Shown here: positions 35,069-47,797 of the stretch, piece after piece
Position numbering within the stretch: the stretch's first letter is position 1
Layout of the letters: each line of letters begins with the position of its first letter
NCBI GenBank assembly: GCA_022813865.1
Contig: JALDZX010000035.1
Coordinates: 62,001-126,000, forward strand
DNA: 64,000 bases
Origin: Xylographa opegraphella
Lineage: Eukaryota
Direction of reading: 5' to 3'
Program-made: the position numbers and the translations under genes
The notes under the pieces: generated by a model
Seen by the model: the letters and a program-made list of their open reading frames with translations, nothing else
What the model was told of the DNA's origin: nothing
The model's database searches: none

Positions 35069-38000
35069 ATGAACGGCAGCGCCATCACTTCCAATGGCGA
35101 TGATCACAGCAGTGCTCATCAAGCTGATACATCTTACACTAATGCACAGATACTGCGAGCCTTAGAACTGATCTACGACCCCCGATCGAGTAACGAACAT
35201 CGTCAAGATGCATCTCGGTACTTGGAGCAGTTAAAAGCTCAAGACCAAGCTCCCCACCACGGCTACGTCCTAGCAGCCAACAAGTCTCATCCGCCTGTTG
35301 TGCGCCACTACGGCCTCTCTCTCCTTGAGGATGCTATTCGGCATCGATGGGCGAGCTACACTGGCAAGCAAAGTCTTGCGTTGCGAGAGTGGGTGGTGAA
35401 GCTGGCCCAAGATGTTGCACAGGAAGACCCTGCGTTCATCCGGAACAAGGTCGCTCAACTATGGGTGGAAATCGCAACTCGGAGCTGGGTGTTGGACTGG
35501 ATAGATATGGACGAGCTCTTGGTCATGTTGTGGGCTGGATCGGTTTGTCAGAAAGAGCTGGTGCTGGAAGTACTGGAGACACTATCGGACAATTCTTTTG
35601 GCAAAGAGGACACTACGACCGCTCTCCGCGGTAGTGAGCTTGGTAAGGCTTGCGTTGAGATCTTCACGCCGGCACAGGTAATGATTGATCATTTCCCCAA
35701 AAGAGATACCAGCATCAATGTTCGGTTTGGTGGTGAAGGATGGTTGTTCCGCATCTCAGCCCTGCTGCACTGGTATAGTCAAGAAGGGCAGAATAATATA
35801 GAGCTTCAGACGTGCGGGGTGAAAGCTCTGACGACAGTCAAATCCGTTGTCCATTGGATAATCCTAAGAGCGATTGCAACAACAAATTGCATTCAAGGAA
35901 TATTCGAATGCTTGACGATGTCAAACCCGGCGATGCAGCTTGTGAGTTCGTTTACATATTCTCACATTCAACGTGCCATATCTTAACTACCCACTAGGTA
36001 GCGGTAGAGGCTCTTTGCACGCTGTACAACCGCTCGAGCTTTTCGGAGGACGATGTTCGAGACTTAGTCTGGCCTCTATTCAAACACGAAACCGTGAATA
36101 CTCTTAAGATTCTGTATCAGTGGTCTGTCGTTGATGCGAATGATATAGACGAGGAGAAGTATCGTCTTTGTAAAAAACTTTCAGAAGTGAGCCTTCCACG
36201 GCTTTTGTGAGTATGATCTCTGACCGATCTGTAGATGATCCATAACGTGGGCCAATTTCTTGATACGAAACTTGATGTTATTCCCCAAGAAGCCGATTTG
36301 CCCAACTTTCTCGATCTCCTACTCCGTTTTGCACATAATGAGAGCCTTCATGTGTCTATAGCCGTACTTCATCTGTGGATCCAGTTATTGGATTCCGACT
36401 CGATAGGAGATTCCCCACCGGTAATGAGCATGATAGGACCCCTCCTCGAGGTCTGTAGTCAACGTCTCATTCGATATGAATATGTCCCCGAGGACACCAA
36501 TGTTCCAGCAATCCTGCTCTTGAAGGAAGATATAGATACCATCCCTGAACGTCATGCGTTTCTCGGAAATTATGCAAGGTTTTGTAAGGATATTGTGAAC
36601 TGCATCGTACAGAAACAGCCGCTCGATGCGATCATCCACATTCTTGATCAGACCGAAGTAGTTCTCAATCGGCTGTATGATGGGGAGCCCGCGCTGAGTG
36701 GTTTGTTGTCCACTTCGCGATTTCCTACAACACTAACACGAGATAGCACAAACGTACAGTAAATATTCGATACCGGCCTTAAAACTCGACGCTCAATTCT
36801 CCGTCGTAGAGGCTAGTTTGTTGGGATACAGCAGATGGCGTGCAGTTCGGAGAGCAAAGAAAGATGTGGGTCCTTTGAATCCTTCTGTACTTAGTGACTA
36901 AGTGTTTCTCATAAGAACGCCATGACTGCGATCACTGGCCCTCTCAATCACAAGATCCAGCAGTGGTGTTCTCGCCTCCTGGAGTTGCGGTTTGAGGTTA
37001 GTGATCCTCAAATCGAGCGACATTGTACTTACAGCTTCCAGGACCCTACAATACTGCAGCGTGTGGTAAGCCTTGTTGTCGAGTTTGTGGGATCGACACT
37101 CAAGGGAAATGGGGAGTTCGTGATACGAGTTTTCCATTTTGTTTTTGATATGATGACGGGTCTTAAGGATATCCAGGAACAACCGGACGCGTTCATGTAT
37201 AACGAAGCAGTCATTGAATGTCGGCGCTCTTGTGCTCAGCAATTGCAACGCCTTGCGTTGCGTGAAGTAGATCAGTTGATGGTAAAAACATGTGTATATT
37301 TGGATAACCTACATGCTGACGAAGATGTAGATAGCCTATGGCGATGTTGAAGCGACTGTGGGTCGGTATTGTCAGTCGACGAACGTCGATCAGCAGGAAC
37401 GTGACCGATGCATATCTGTTTTGTTTGTTATCGTGTAAGTAAGAATTTATTAGTTGTCAGCTTCTCAGCACCACCTAACGTCTCGACAGTCAACGAGCAG
37501 GCAACATCGACCAACAAAAACGCGAGGCACATCTAGAAGAATTTATAGCGCATGTAATACAGATGTGGCAAGATCCAGCACTCTCAACCTCACTTTCTAG
37601 TTTCGCTGGCTTTTGTGACCTGCTCGGTCTGTCGAAATTACAGAGCTATTTTGTTACGCGGAAAGTGAATCAGATCGAAGATTGGGCGGCTTCTCCTCTC
37701 GATGATGAAGGCCAAGCCTTGAAGTTGCAGATGGAAGCCGCACGAGATGTATGTGAAGCCGATGAATTTGGGAACAAGGACTGATTCGAGCCAGAATCTA
37801 CCTCTCCGCGCCACAAAAACGTTTCTCGGCATAAGCGTGGAGAGATCCGAACCAGGTACTCTTCCATATCAAATAGCAAATACGTTGTGGTCGAAATACT
37901 TACCCATCATTCTTCCTAATTTGCTGCAGCTCATCAGGTTGGTGCTGAGATCCTGTATATGGGACATGGTATGCTAAGATTTCACAAGCCTCGCGCACTC

Positions 38001-39242
38001 GTTTTCGGATCCTGCTTCCTGGAGCGAACTTCCTTCGGAGCTGAGAGGAATTCCAGCGCGTGTGCTTCGTGATCGATATTGGCAGGTCGGCATATCTTTA
38101 GGGAGTCGAGAGGATTTTTACTCGCAGATTGGGGAAACCAAATTGACCATGGAAGGCTTGGCATCAACCATCCGGAGCTCCCTCAGGATGGTGCGGGAGA
38201 CGTCTTACCGGCTCCTTTATTCCATGAGTCTCCTCGGCAATACTTTCTACGACTACCAAGGCCTCGCGGAGCCATTATCGAGAGCTGTCTTCGGTAATGC
38301 GAGCCTGTTGACCATACACCAGACAGGAATGGTTCTTACGGGCATACCGCCAATTATATATAGCTGTCCGCCGCACGCGCGGGCTCATTTCGTGCCACCT
38401 CTGCTGATCGCCATGTTCGAATTCCTCGACCAGAAGGTCTCGACCGAGTGGAGTGAAATCGAGCAACGAAAAGCCGCCAGCGGTCCGGACGACGACCTCG
38501 TCGTAGAAATGGAAAATGAAGCCATTCTGCGGCAGCTCACCAACACTTGCGTCAGCTTTGTCGTCCGCCTCCTTGAGCCCGACGCTCGTGAGTAACCTCG
38601 CCTTGTCTCTTTGCATAAGTTCTCTGACCCGTTCCCTAAGCCACCTCCGCGCCCTCCTTGCGCTCCTTCATCCTCGCCACCCCTCACGCTCTCACGCCCC
38701 TCATCTTGTTCTGCACCCACGCCCTGCGTATGCACGACTCCCGCGCCTGCGGCCTCATCGCCCGCCTGCTGCGCTCCCTCCTCCCCGCCTTCGCGGACTC
38801 AACGGCCGACGCGGCCCCCGTGCGCGAGTTCCTCGCCTCGGACGTCCTCAAGGCCTGCATCGAATCCCTGCACGACCCCTACTTCGTCGACGTCCAGAGC
38901 GACCTCGCCCTGCTGATCGCCGGCATCCTGGCCACATACGCGAAGCAGACTCCAACGCCGCGGCTTATCCTGCTGAGCCTGCCGGGCATGACCGTTCAGG
39001 GTGTGGATGCCACGCTGGGCAAGCTGCGCGAGCACGGGGACAGCAAGCGGCGCGGGGCGGTGGTGCTCAAGCTGCTCGAGGGCTTGCGCGGCGTGAGCGT
39101 GAGCGAGATGGGGAAGCGGCCCAGAGCGACCAGGGCGCGGGGTGAGTTGGAGAAGAGGTACGTGCAGGGCAGCGTGGAGGGCCTGAAGGGCCAGAGGGAC
39201 AGGAGTCCCGATCTGGGGGGCGTGGCGGATATGTTTGCCTGA
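35069..39242 (+). CDS. MSN5: Karyopherin Msn5 / exportin-5, multi-exon
   Basis: Importin-beta N-terminus (ALELIYDPRSSNEHRQDASRYLE, VRHYGLSLLE), Xpo1-like region (FIRNKVAQLWVEIA), PERHAFLGNY, LPLRATK and DRYWQVGIS. Confidence 0.87.
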
Positions 39243-39454
39243 AGGGTGTTGGCGTCAAGGAGCGCCGGTAGACCGGGTGCTTTTTGTTAGGGGGGGTTAC
39301 GATAGACGGGTTCGAGGGGGTTTTTATTTGTGTTTGCTAGATAATTGAAATGCTTCTTTTGTGGGTTATGGTATTTTTGGACATATGTACACCCTGAACG
39401 CCCCATGTCTTCCCTAAATATCCCTCCATATGCGCGGCTGCCTCATCTAGCTCT

Positions 39455-40285
39455 CTACTTCGTCACCTGCTGCGGTGATACCGCGAATGTGGGCCGCACG
39501 AATCTGTGACGTGGCGTTAGCGGCTCTTCGTCTCTTCGTTGCGTGCTCGTCGAGCCCGTCTCCTCAAGAGGCTCGTCTTCCCACCCCGATATACGTCAAC
39601 AAGTCCTGCTTTTTCACAAAAACCCCACCGATTCCCCACCGTCCCTTCCAGCTCCCCTGCGTCCCCTCCCACAGCCTTTCCCCTCCAAGTCCCACCAGGA
39701 AGCACAAAACCAGCAAAAACAAAACGTACCTATCCCCATTATACGCACTCGTCTCCGTCCCCAGCAGGGCCTTCTCGCGCGCCTGGTCGGCGAAGTGCCT
39801 GCGCACGAGGTCGCGGTCCTCCTCAGCCTGCAGCAGCGGGATCAGGTGGATGCGGGACCACATCTTTTCGCGGGCGAGCTCGCTGCAGAGAGGAGGGTGT
39901 TGGTGAGTTGGTGCGACACGTGGTTGAGGGAAGGGACGGGGACGTACTTCTGCTCGCGGATGCCTTTGCCCACTTTGTAGAAGCCGTAGACCATGATGCC
40001 GCCCATGGCGAAGAGGTAGTAGGAGGGGCGGAAGCCGCGGGCGGGGATGTTGCGCTGTTGAGGGGTGGGGGGTTAGTGGGAGTTGGGAGATGGAGATGGG
40101 GNGGGGGGGGGGGGCGAAATTGGGTCTGAGGGAGGGTGTGGGAGAGGAGGTTTGGTGGAGTGGTGCGCTTTTGGGAGCCATTGTATGAGGGAGGTTGGTG
40201 GTATGGATTCGGTGAGGAGGGAAGGAGTATTTACCTTGTATTGGATGGGCTCGTAGCCGCCCGTCGGGGGCAGGTCTTGAGGCAT
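39455..40285 (-). CDS. NDUFA13: Complex I accessory subunit B16.6 / GRIM-19, 4 exons
   Basis: MPQDLPPTGGYEPIQYK|RNIPARGFRP...|ELAREKMWSRIHLIPLLQAEEDRD...|RFVRPTF. Introns at 40234-40055, 39947-39883 and 39729-39504. Confidence 0.93.
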
Positions 40286-40458
40286 CGTGCGCGCTGTGCT
40301 GCTTTGGAGTGTGTTCCTTGTTGGGCGTTGTGCTTCGATGGGAGAGGAGTCCGGAAAGAGAGTTTTGCCGGCTCCGAGATCAGCCTTATGACTTTTGTGA
40401 TGTCGTGAATCCCTACGAAGATTTTGTGCATTCCTGTTTCACTGATTGTACATGAAAC

Positions 40459-41853
40459 ATGGAAGCTGAGGAGCGGCCGAGGAAGATGCGAAGGCTGAGT
40501 GGGGAGTTTTGTGGTGCTGATCGTGAGGAAAAAGCTGCTCGTGCCGATGATGGGACTGCTCTCGATTTAAATCAAGCTTTGAAAACTGACACGGTGGGGG
40601 TTCATGATCTGGACGCTCAGGCTGTTGATCTTGAAGCTTTGGGTTCGAAAGTTGTGGAGTCTGCTGCTTCTGGTTCTTCTCCCCATATGAAAGCTCAGGT
40701 GTTGTCCAATGCGACGGAGAATAAGCCCCAGTCTATAGATGAAAATGTTTCCGAAAAGATTGATACTGGAATCATAGACGATGAAAAGGGAGAAAATGGA
40801 ACTACTGGTTCTGCTCCAACCGTTCCCTCGGATTTACAACCGGACGAGCCTGTCACAGGTTCCCAACTGTCGAAAAACCAGATGAAAAAACTCAAGCGAA
40901 AGCAGGAGTGGGAAGCCGGCCGCGAGTACCGAAAGGTCAGGCGGAAAGAGAAAATCCAAGAAAAAAAGCAGCGAAAGCGTGCCGCCTTGAAGGAAGAAGA
41001 GCCTACAGATGGTACTGCCGTCTCTCAGTCCGCATCCGAGAACAAGAAGCCAGTCAAGGCGGCTCAGGAACCAGCCAAGCGAGCGCTTCTCCGCTCTGTC
41101 CGGCTCCCCATCACGGTGGTCGTCGACTGTGGCTTCGACGACCTGATGCTGGACAACGAGCGTGTCTCCCTGGCTTCACAGCTCACGCGCTGCTATTCCG
41201 ATAATCACCACGCGCCGTTCCAGTTCCACATGGCGGTCAGCTCTTTTGGCCGGAAGCTGAAGGAGCGCTTCGAGACCGTCCTCTCCGGTCATCACCAATC
41301 GTGGCGAGGGGTCCGATTCTTAGACGGGGACTTTGTGGAAGCAGCTGAGCAGGCGAAGGAGTGGATGGTGGGACCGCAGGGGGGCGTGCTAGCCGGAGTG
41401 TTTAAAGGCAAAGCCTCCGGCGAGGTAGGTGCCGAGAAGGTGGTAGATACGGGGGAGGCGGAGACAATCTACTTGACGAGCGACAGCCCGGACACGTTGA
41501 CGGAGCTGAAGCCGTATAGCACCTATATCATCGGCGGGCTTGTGGATCGCAACAGGCACAAGGGCATTTGCTACAAAAGGGCAATGGATAGGGGTATGAA
41601 GACTGCGAGGCTGCCGATTGGAGAGTATATGGATATGGCAAGCAGGTTCGTGCTGGCGACGAATCACGTTTCGGAGATCATGGTGAGGTGGTTGGAGCTC
41701 GGGGACTGGGGGGAGGCCTTCCTGAAGGTTGTGCCGAAGCGGAAAGGGGGTGTACTGAAAGGGGCTGGTGTTGTGGGTGGAGAGGGGAACGGGGAGGAGG
41801 GCGAGGCTGGTGATGGGGTTGTGCCTGGAATCGAATCAAAGCAGGACGGCTGA
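40459..41853 (+). CDS. TRM10: tRNA (guanine-N1)-methyltransferase, position 9
   Basis: [56 protein letters not shown] and VLATNHV. Intronless. Confidence 0.93.
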   Translation: MEAEERPRKMRRLSGEFCGADREEKAARADDGTALDLNQALKTDTVGVHDLDAQAVDLEALGSKVVESAASGSSPHMKAQVLSNATENKPQSIDENVSEKIDTGIIDDEKGENGTTGSAPTVPSDLQPDEPVTGSQLSKNQMKKLKRKQEWEAGREYRKVRRKEKIQEKKQRKRAALKEEEPTDGTAVSQSASENKKPVKAAQEPAKRALLRSVRLPITVVVDCGFDDLMLDNERVSLASQLTRCYSDNHHAPFQFHMAVSSFGRKLKERFETVLSGHHQSWRGVRFLDGDFVEAAEQAKEWMVGPQGGVLAGVFKGKASGEVGAEKVVDTGEAETIYLTSDSPDTLTELKPYSTYIIGGLVDRNRHKGICYKRAMDRGMKTARLPIGEYMDMASRFVLATNHVSEIMVRWLELGDWGEAFLKVVPKRKGGVLKGAGVVGGEGNGEEGEAGDGVVPGIESKQDG

Positions 41854-42515
41854 TCGCCATTGTTTGTGCCATTGATTTGTTCCCAGCTACCTGGGAGTTA
41901 GCCTTCCAACCTGTCGTGTAAACAGCCGAGGATACTATGAGATAGGCTAGATAATCCCGTAGGCGCCGGCTCTTGTGGTATATGTTGTATCTGACTTATC
42001 GTGGAAAGCCGGCGATGCATATCTCATCCATGTCTTTCACTTCCAAGAGTAATTCTTGTGTATTTGCTGAGCACGAGCAAGATTTGTGGAAAGGATGCCT
42101 CGCCGTGTAATAGAGTTGTCCATGCTTCGATATTTACGTTGTACCAATCTTCGTGGTCTCGCGTTTATCCCTCGGAAATTCCTTCAGAGACACTCTTAGG
42201 GACAACAGCACAAAGGCCCTCTTACAAGTATACAAAGAAATGTATGAGCTCCTTCGTCTTCGCTGTCTACCTTAATGCTGCTACGGTACCTTATTGCACG
42301 CAAGCGTGGCAGCGGCCGCTAATGCAGCCTCGCCTTAGCGGCTCGGTTCCTGGCCAGTTGAGCCCCAGTCAACCGGTTGCCAAATATCTCCAACACCAGC
42401 GCACTCCTATCCAAGAGATACCGTCAAACCACCACGCAGATACATGCAGACTGTCTCCTCAAAGACCTGACTCAATATCTAGATCTCTCCGCAACAATGA
42501 GCACCTAGCCCCTCA

Positions 42516-43563
42516 ATGTCTTCATCCACTTCCACCCGCCGCAGCAGCGCCCGCTCCTCCTCCCCCTCCGCCCCTTCCCCCTCCGAGTCCACCACTACGT
42601 ACCTCACCTACCCCGTCTCGCACATCGCCTCCAGCCTCTATAGACGCCTCACGGAGCCGGCCAGCCCTCAGCCCTCTCCAGCAATGGACTCTCTCCCCGC
42701 CAACCACAACGGCTTCAACGGCGTGTACACGCCTCCGCACCGGACGGCCTCGCCCTTCCAACCCCCCCCTCTCACAGCCCTCACCCTCCGTGGCGTATCT
42801 TCGTCATCGGCGCCCTCCGCCCAGATCCTGTCGCGCGCCCTCGCCGAAGAGATCCGGCTGCTCGTCCCCCCGCGGCTGCAGCTGGTCACGGACTGGACAC
42901 TGGCCTACAGCGTGGAGCAGAATGGCGCCAGCCTGACGACGCTGTACACGGAGTGCGCGGCCTACGGGGGCCGGCACAACGGGTTCGTGCTCGTGGTGCG
43001 GGACGGTCTCGGCGGCGTGAGTGCTGACCACGACGCCCTCCGACACAATGGTGCACCCAGCTGACTGTGCCTTTGTCGCGAACCAGACCTTCGGCGCCTT
43101 CCTGACCGACCCGCCTGCCCCTTCCCCACACTACTACGGCACCGGCGAGTGCTTCCTATGGCGGGCATCCGTGCTCCCCGCCGCGGCGATCCTCGCCTCC
43201 CTGCCGCCGCCGCCGAGCGCCGACACCACCAATCTGCAGCGCAGCACCACGCTCGCGAGCCCGACGAGCGCGCGCTTCAAGCCGCTCCTGGCCACGAACG
43301 CACGCTCGGCCTCGGGCACCAGCACCCCGGAGCGCATCCGCTTCAAGGCGTTCCCCTACAGCGGCGTTAACGACTACATGATCTACTGCCAGCCGGACTA
43401 CCTGAGCGTGGGCGGGGGCGATGGCAGGTACGGGCTGTGGCTGGATAGCGTGCTGGAGAGGGGCATCAGTAGCCACTGCTTGACCTTTGGCAACGAGGGC
43501 CTGAGCGAGGAGGGGGCCAAGTTTGAGATCCTCGGCGTGGAGGTGTGGTATCTCGGGACGTGA
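42516..43563 (+). CDS. OXR1: Oxidation resistance protein 1 (TLDc domain), 2 exons
   Basis: LAEEIRLLVPPRLQL...WTLAYSVEQNGASLTTLY, intron 43017-43086, then FGAFL, YYGTGECFLW, LSVGGGDGRYGLWLD and CLTFGNE. Confidence 0.9.
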
Positions 43564-43864
43564 GGGGTGGAGAACAGCGGGCTTGGAGCCAAAGGAATGG
43601 GTTTGGGTATAATAGGTGGGCTTGGCATTGCACTTTGGCGCTGGTGAATGATTGTGGCGGCATATTTCTACGGAAACCGTCTCTTGCGTACTGGGAATGA
43701 TTCGCTTTACTCCTTAAAGGAATAGTGCCTATCTAGTGCTACCTGACGCCGTAGCTGAGGGATATCATTGAAAAACCAAACCGCGAGCTGACACGCACCG
43801 GTGCAACGCCACATCCTACCTACCGAAACAAGAAATACTGCACTTTGGGAAACCGTTGTATCGA

Positions 43865-46428
43865 TTAGTAAGGCGAGTCCACGATCTCGTTCCTGCCCAA
43901 CTTCGAACTCAACCTCCCGCTTGAGCGTCCGACCCTCGCCGGCGTGGCGATGCTCTCCCGCGTCGGCTTCTTGAAACTCTGCTTCGCCACCATACTGACT
44001 TCGTTCGGCGTGGCCACGATGACGTTCTTGTCGCTGCCGAATTTGAAATTGTCGGCCATCACCTGGTCGGCGTAGCGTTTGATCGTATACGGATCCTTGC
44101 GGCCGGCGAGCACCTTCTTCATGTTCCAAGTCACGATGAACGGACCCGTCGCCGTGATGATCGAGGTTTCCTTGTCCTCGACACCCGTGTTGAAGCGTGC
44201 GGGCGTGAATGAGAGCGGGACTTTCGTCTCATACTGGAATTGGGCCACGTGGGAAGGCTGCAGCCCCAGTCTCCGCGGCTGAGGTTTCGAGTCTTTGGCA
44301 AAGGACTTTTCGAATCCCAGCTTTCCTTCGTTCTTGCCCTCTTTCTGTATGGCGTCGATCAGGAGGAGGTAGGTACGGCAGGTGGCTAGTACCCAGCGGC
44401 CATCGGCGGAGACGTCGAGACCGACGATGGGTTCACCGAGGGCGGGGATGTGAGTTTTGGCATTGATGCCCAGTCGGTCGAACATGCGGATATCGCCCTT
44501 ATTGGAGGCGACAGCAATGTAACCCTTCTCGGTTGTGGCTGCGGCTGAGAAGTCGTTTTTGGAGACGTATTGTTTCAGTTCCGAATCAACAAGCTTATTG
44601 CCAGATAGACGAGGATCGATACGGAAGAGTGCGTTGCGCGATAAACCAAGGAATGTCTGCTCGCCCGTCATCTGTGAAAATTTCTATAAAATTGTCAGTT
44701 GAGCTCAGTAACCAATTTGTCCACATCAAGAGAGAACGGACCTTTTCCGGTGCAAACGTAGCGACAGGAATATCCTCGTGTATCTTCCACTCATCAACAA
44801 CCTTCCCGTACTCCAGGTCCATACGGTACAGAGAGTTCGGATTGGCTTCGTTTTGCAGGATCATGTCTGTATCTTCTGCATGGAGCATGACTTTCGTCGG
44901 ACTGAAGACCTTCCCGTTTGGCATCTGCACTTTCGCGATATTCGTCGAGAATTCAAGATTGTTATTCGGCGTATGTTTGAAGACACCAATTTGCGAGCCT
45001 CGCACGACAAAGGATCGATCATGTTTATATCCCACTGCAAGTTGCGAGTTGATATTTCCATCGTCCTCCTCGCCACCAACATCATCCTCAGATTCGTCAG
45101 TATCGTAGTGCTCACTTCGCTGGCCATCATCCTCTACTTCGTCCACTTCCTCCTCCTCCTCCTCCTCCTCCTGAGTGCCTGGTTCATCCTCGAAAGTAAG
45201 ATCTTGAAAAGCATCAAGAACGTATTGCCGGTCATCATCTTTGGTTTTCATCCATTTGGTCTCGTTAAGCTGTTCCCATAACGCCTGCATCAGTCCTCCT
45301 TGAAACCGTTCTTCGGTGTTCTGATCCTTGAAGCGAAGCAACCACGAGTAAGCACGACCATCTTGCGTGTAGTGATTGAAAATGAACGAGAGGTACTCGA
45401 AGTTGAAGACTGGATTGATGTCCGCAACCACAGGTTGGCCGAGCCAGTCCCGCTCTTGACCCTCAATTTGTAACCAGTATTGCCATTTACCAACTTCAGA
45501 CACGGTTGCAACGACGGAAGGATCCTGAAGGATGAACGAGCTTGAGGTGAAATCGAAGAGGTGAAGTTCGGCCTTCTCCCTGCTGAGGACCTCTCTGCTC
45601 TCAGGGTGCTGGGTTACTGCCGGCGCAGCGGTCGGAGTTTCTTCTATAGCAGCTTGCTTCGCTTTAGTCGGGGGCTTAAATGGCATCTTCTTCTTCGTAG
45701 GCGCTGGGGTATCGGCTGTGATCGCTTTTGTGTTCGAAGATTGTATACTCTTGGGCGAAGGGTTTGTACTTATACTTACGCTAGGAATTGACTGTTCTGT
45801 GAAGTCAAACTCCCGCAGCTTCTGATCTGTCGCTGTATCATTTGATTTCCGATATTTTCGTTCGTATTGGCACTTCATCGCCACCATCATGAAAGTTGCG
45901 ATTTCGGAAGCCGCGATGGATTCATCACATACGAACTCAAACACATCTCCCGGATCGCCGCTCACGTCTTTCCACGCCAGAACTTTTTCGCCTCCATCTC
46001 TAATTTCCGATCTGAAATGTAGTTCCTTGTCGAGCAAGAAGATCTTCTCGTCTTTCTCAGTGGTAAGAGTCTCCGCAGCCTCATCTTCACCTTCCTCGCC
46101 GTCTATGAGCTCTTCCTCACCTTCCTCGTATGCCCGTTGTATCACCAACTGGTATTGATACTCCTGCCCAGTGCGCCGTACAGACGCGGCGGCATCTTTG
46201 AATATGAGCTCTGAATAGCCTTTTGGAGACAGCGGTCGGACGAGATACAGTTGGCCTTGAGGAATGTCTATGATGGATTGCTTGGAGCCATCACCAAACA
46301 GGTATTTGGTCACTAGACGTCAACCGGTTAGCTTTGTATGTGCATTTGGCTCGGGAAAGTGTAGCCTGCTTCAAAAATGGAGCTGGGGGGCCTCTTACAG
46401 CAAACTTACCGTTACGGAGCATAAACAT
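43865..46428 (-). CDS. VID27: Vacuolar import and degradation protein Vid27, 3 exons
   Basis: MFMLRN|VTKYLFG...IPQGQLYLVRPLSPKGYSELIFKDA, NSQLAVGYKHDRSFVVRG, YRMDLEYGKVVDEW and AKTHIPALGEPI. Confidence 0.9.
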
Positions 46429-47797
46429 GGTTGCTGTGCGCCTATTGCGTCTTCCACCTAGTCGCTCGTTTTCTAACAGCTATTGTAAAGTTTGCCTTTT
46501 ATATCTTCTTATCCTAAAAACTGTACTCTGTACAATGAGGACTATCTGACTTCAGCCACCGAAGTAGCCAAACAAAACAAAAGCTTGTCATTGTCTCGTA
46601 TGACAAGATATGACGCGCATTTGAGTGATCCACAGTACCGTGTACGGATGCTACGCGTCCCACAGTATATATGAGTATGGTGGCCCGTTAGTGGTTACAG
46701 TGAAGCGATACACAATAAAAGTTAGGTATACGGTGGACGCCACCACTTCAGCTTTATCTAAACCTGTAATAGCTATATCCTATCCTGTCTTTGGGAATAC
46801 AAGCGGATCAAAGGATTCGTGATGCAATTCATGTGGTTTCATGACATAACAGCAGACTACGAAGCTACAATCTAAACCACCTAGTTCGCAATGGTAGTTC
46901 ATCAAAAATTCATCATGTTGTTTCAGAGGGCAAATTTGGTTTATTCTCACGTCTGGGCTCGGGTTTGCTTAGCTGAGTGAAGTAGCTGCCATCGATTGAG
47001 ATCACCTCTTACTTTCTTTTTTCGCACCTTTAACTATCCTGTAGGCGAACTTCGATGTCGCACGAAAGCATCGTTGTAAAAGATCAACAGGTATTGACTC
47101 GTTTCCATCGTCAGGCTACACTAATCGAATGTGTAGATAGATGGTTTGTCCTCATGGCACATCGTGGTATTGCTATACGTCAAGAGAGGCAGGGTCTGAA
47201 TTCTGCAGATGTGCTAATGCAGAAAGGGAGTCCTCAGAAGAATTCGTTGTGTAGGAGAAGGTTGAGGGTATATTAGCCGAAGGCGGCAGAATAGTATTAA
47301 GGACAATGTGTCGGTTGAGTGTTGCTTGGAAGTGGATGCACCTGGTTTGTAAGAGAAGCTTGTGATGTGAATGATATCGAGGATCGTTAGAATGATCATG
47401 GTAATCTTCGACGTGCGAAGTGGGTCTGGAGTTTGTATATGGGCTGGGTAGTAGGAGCACAAGATCGGTACAATATGCCATACCAAGTATCGCTTCGACG
47501 GAATGAAGGGTCAAGATGGAATACGGTTGTCGAAGTAGTCCTGCAGGTAAGGTGACCGTGTCTTGTTCGGAAAGCTGTTGAATGGGCTTGGGAGAGCTGT
47601 ACACCAAGGAAAAGAGACCGAAAGAGAGCTAAATTGAGTACAGCGTCTCATGGCCTCCATGCAAAGTAGAAGCACATGACGCCTGTCCAAATGCAGTAAA
47701 AATAAGGGAGGCTTTTGTACAGAGAGTTTTTCGTCTCGAACGCCGTCAACGCCAGGCCCAATTGCTGTGTTAAAGACACATCTGACGATTCTCGACG

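Noticed and set aside
39504..39729. Stwintron or intronic snoRNA in the long NDUFA13 intron
   Set aside because: No nested donor reconstitution and no convincing C/D or H/ACA box pair found by eye.
45146..45172. (TCC)n microsatellite
   Set aside because: It simply encodes the poly-Glu acidic tract of Vid27.
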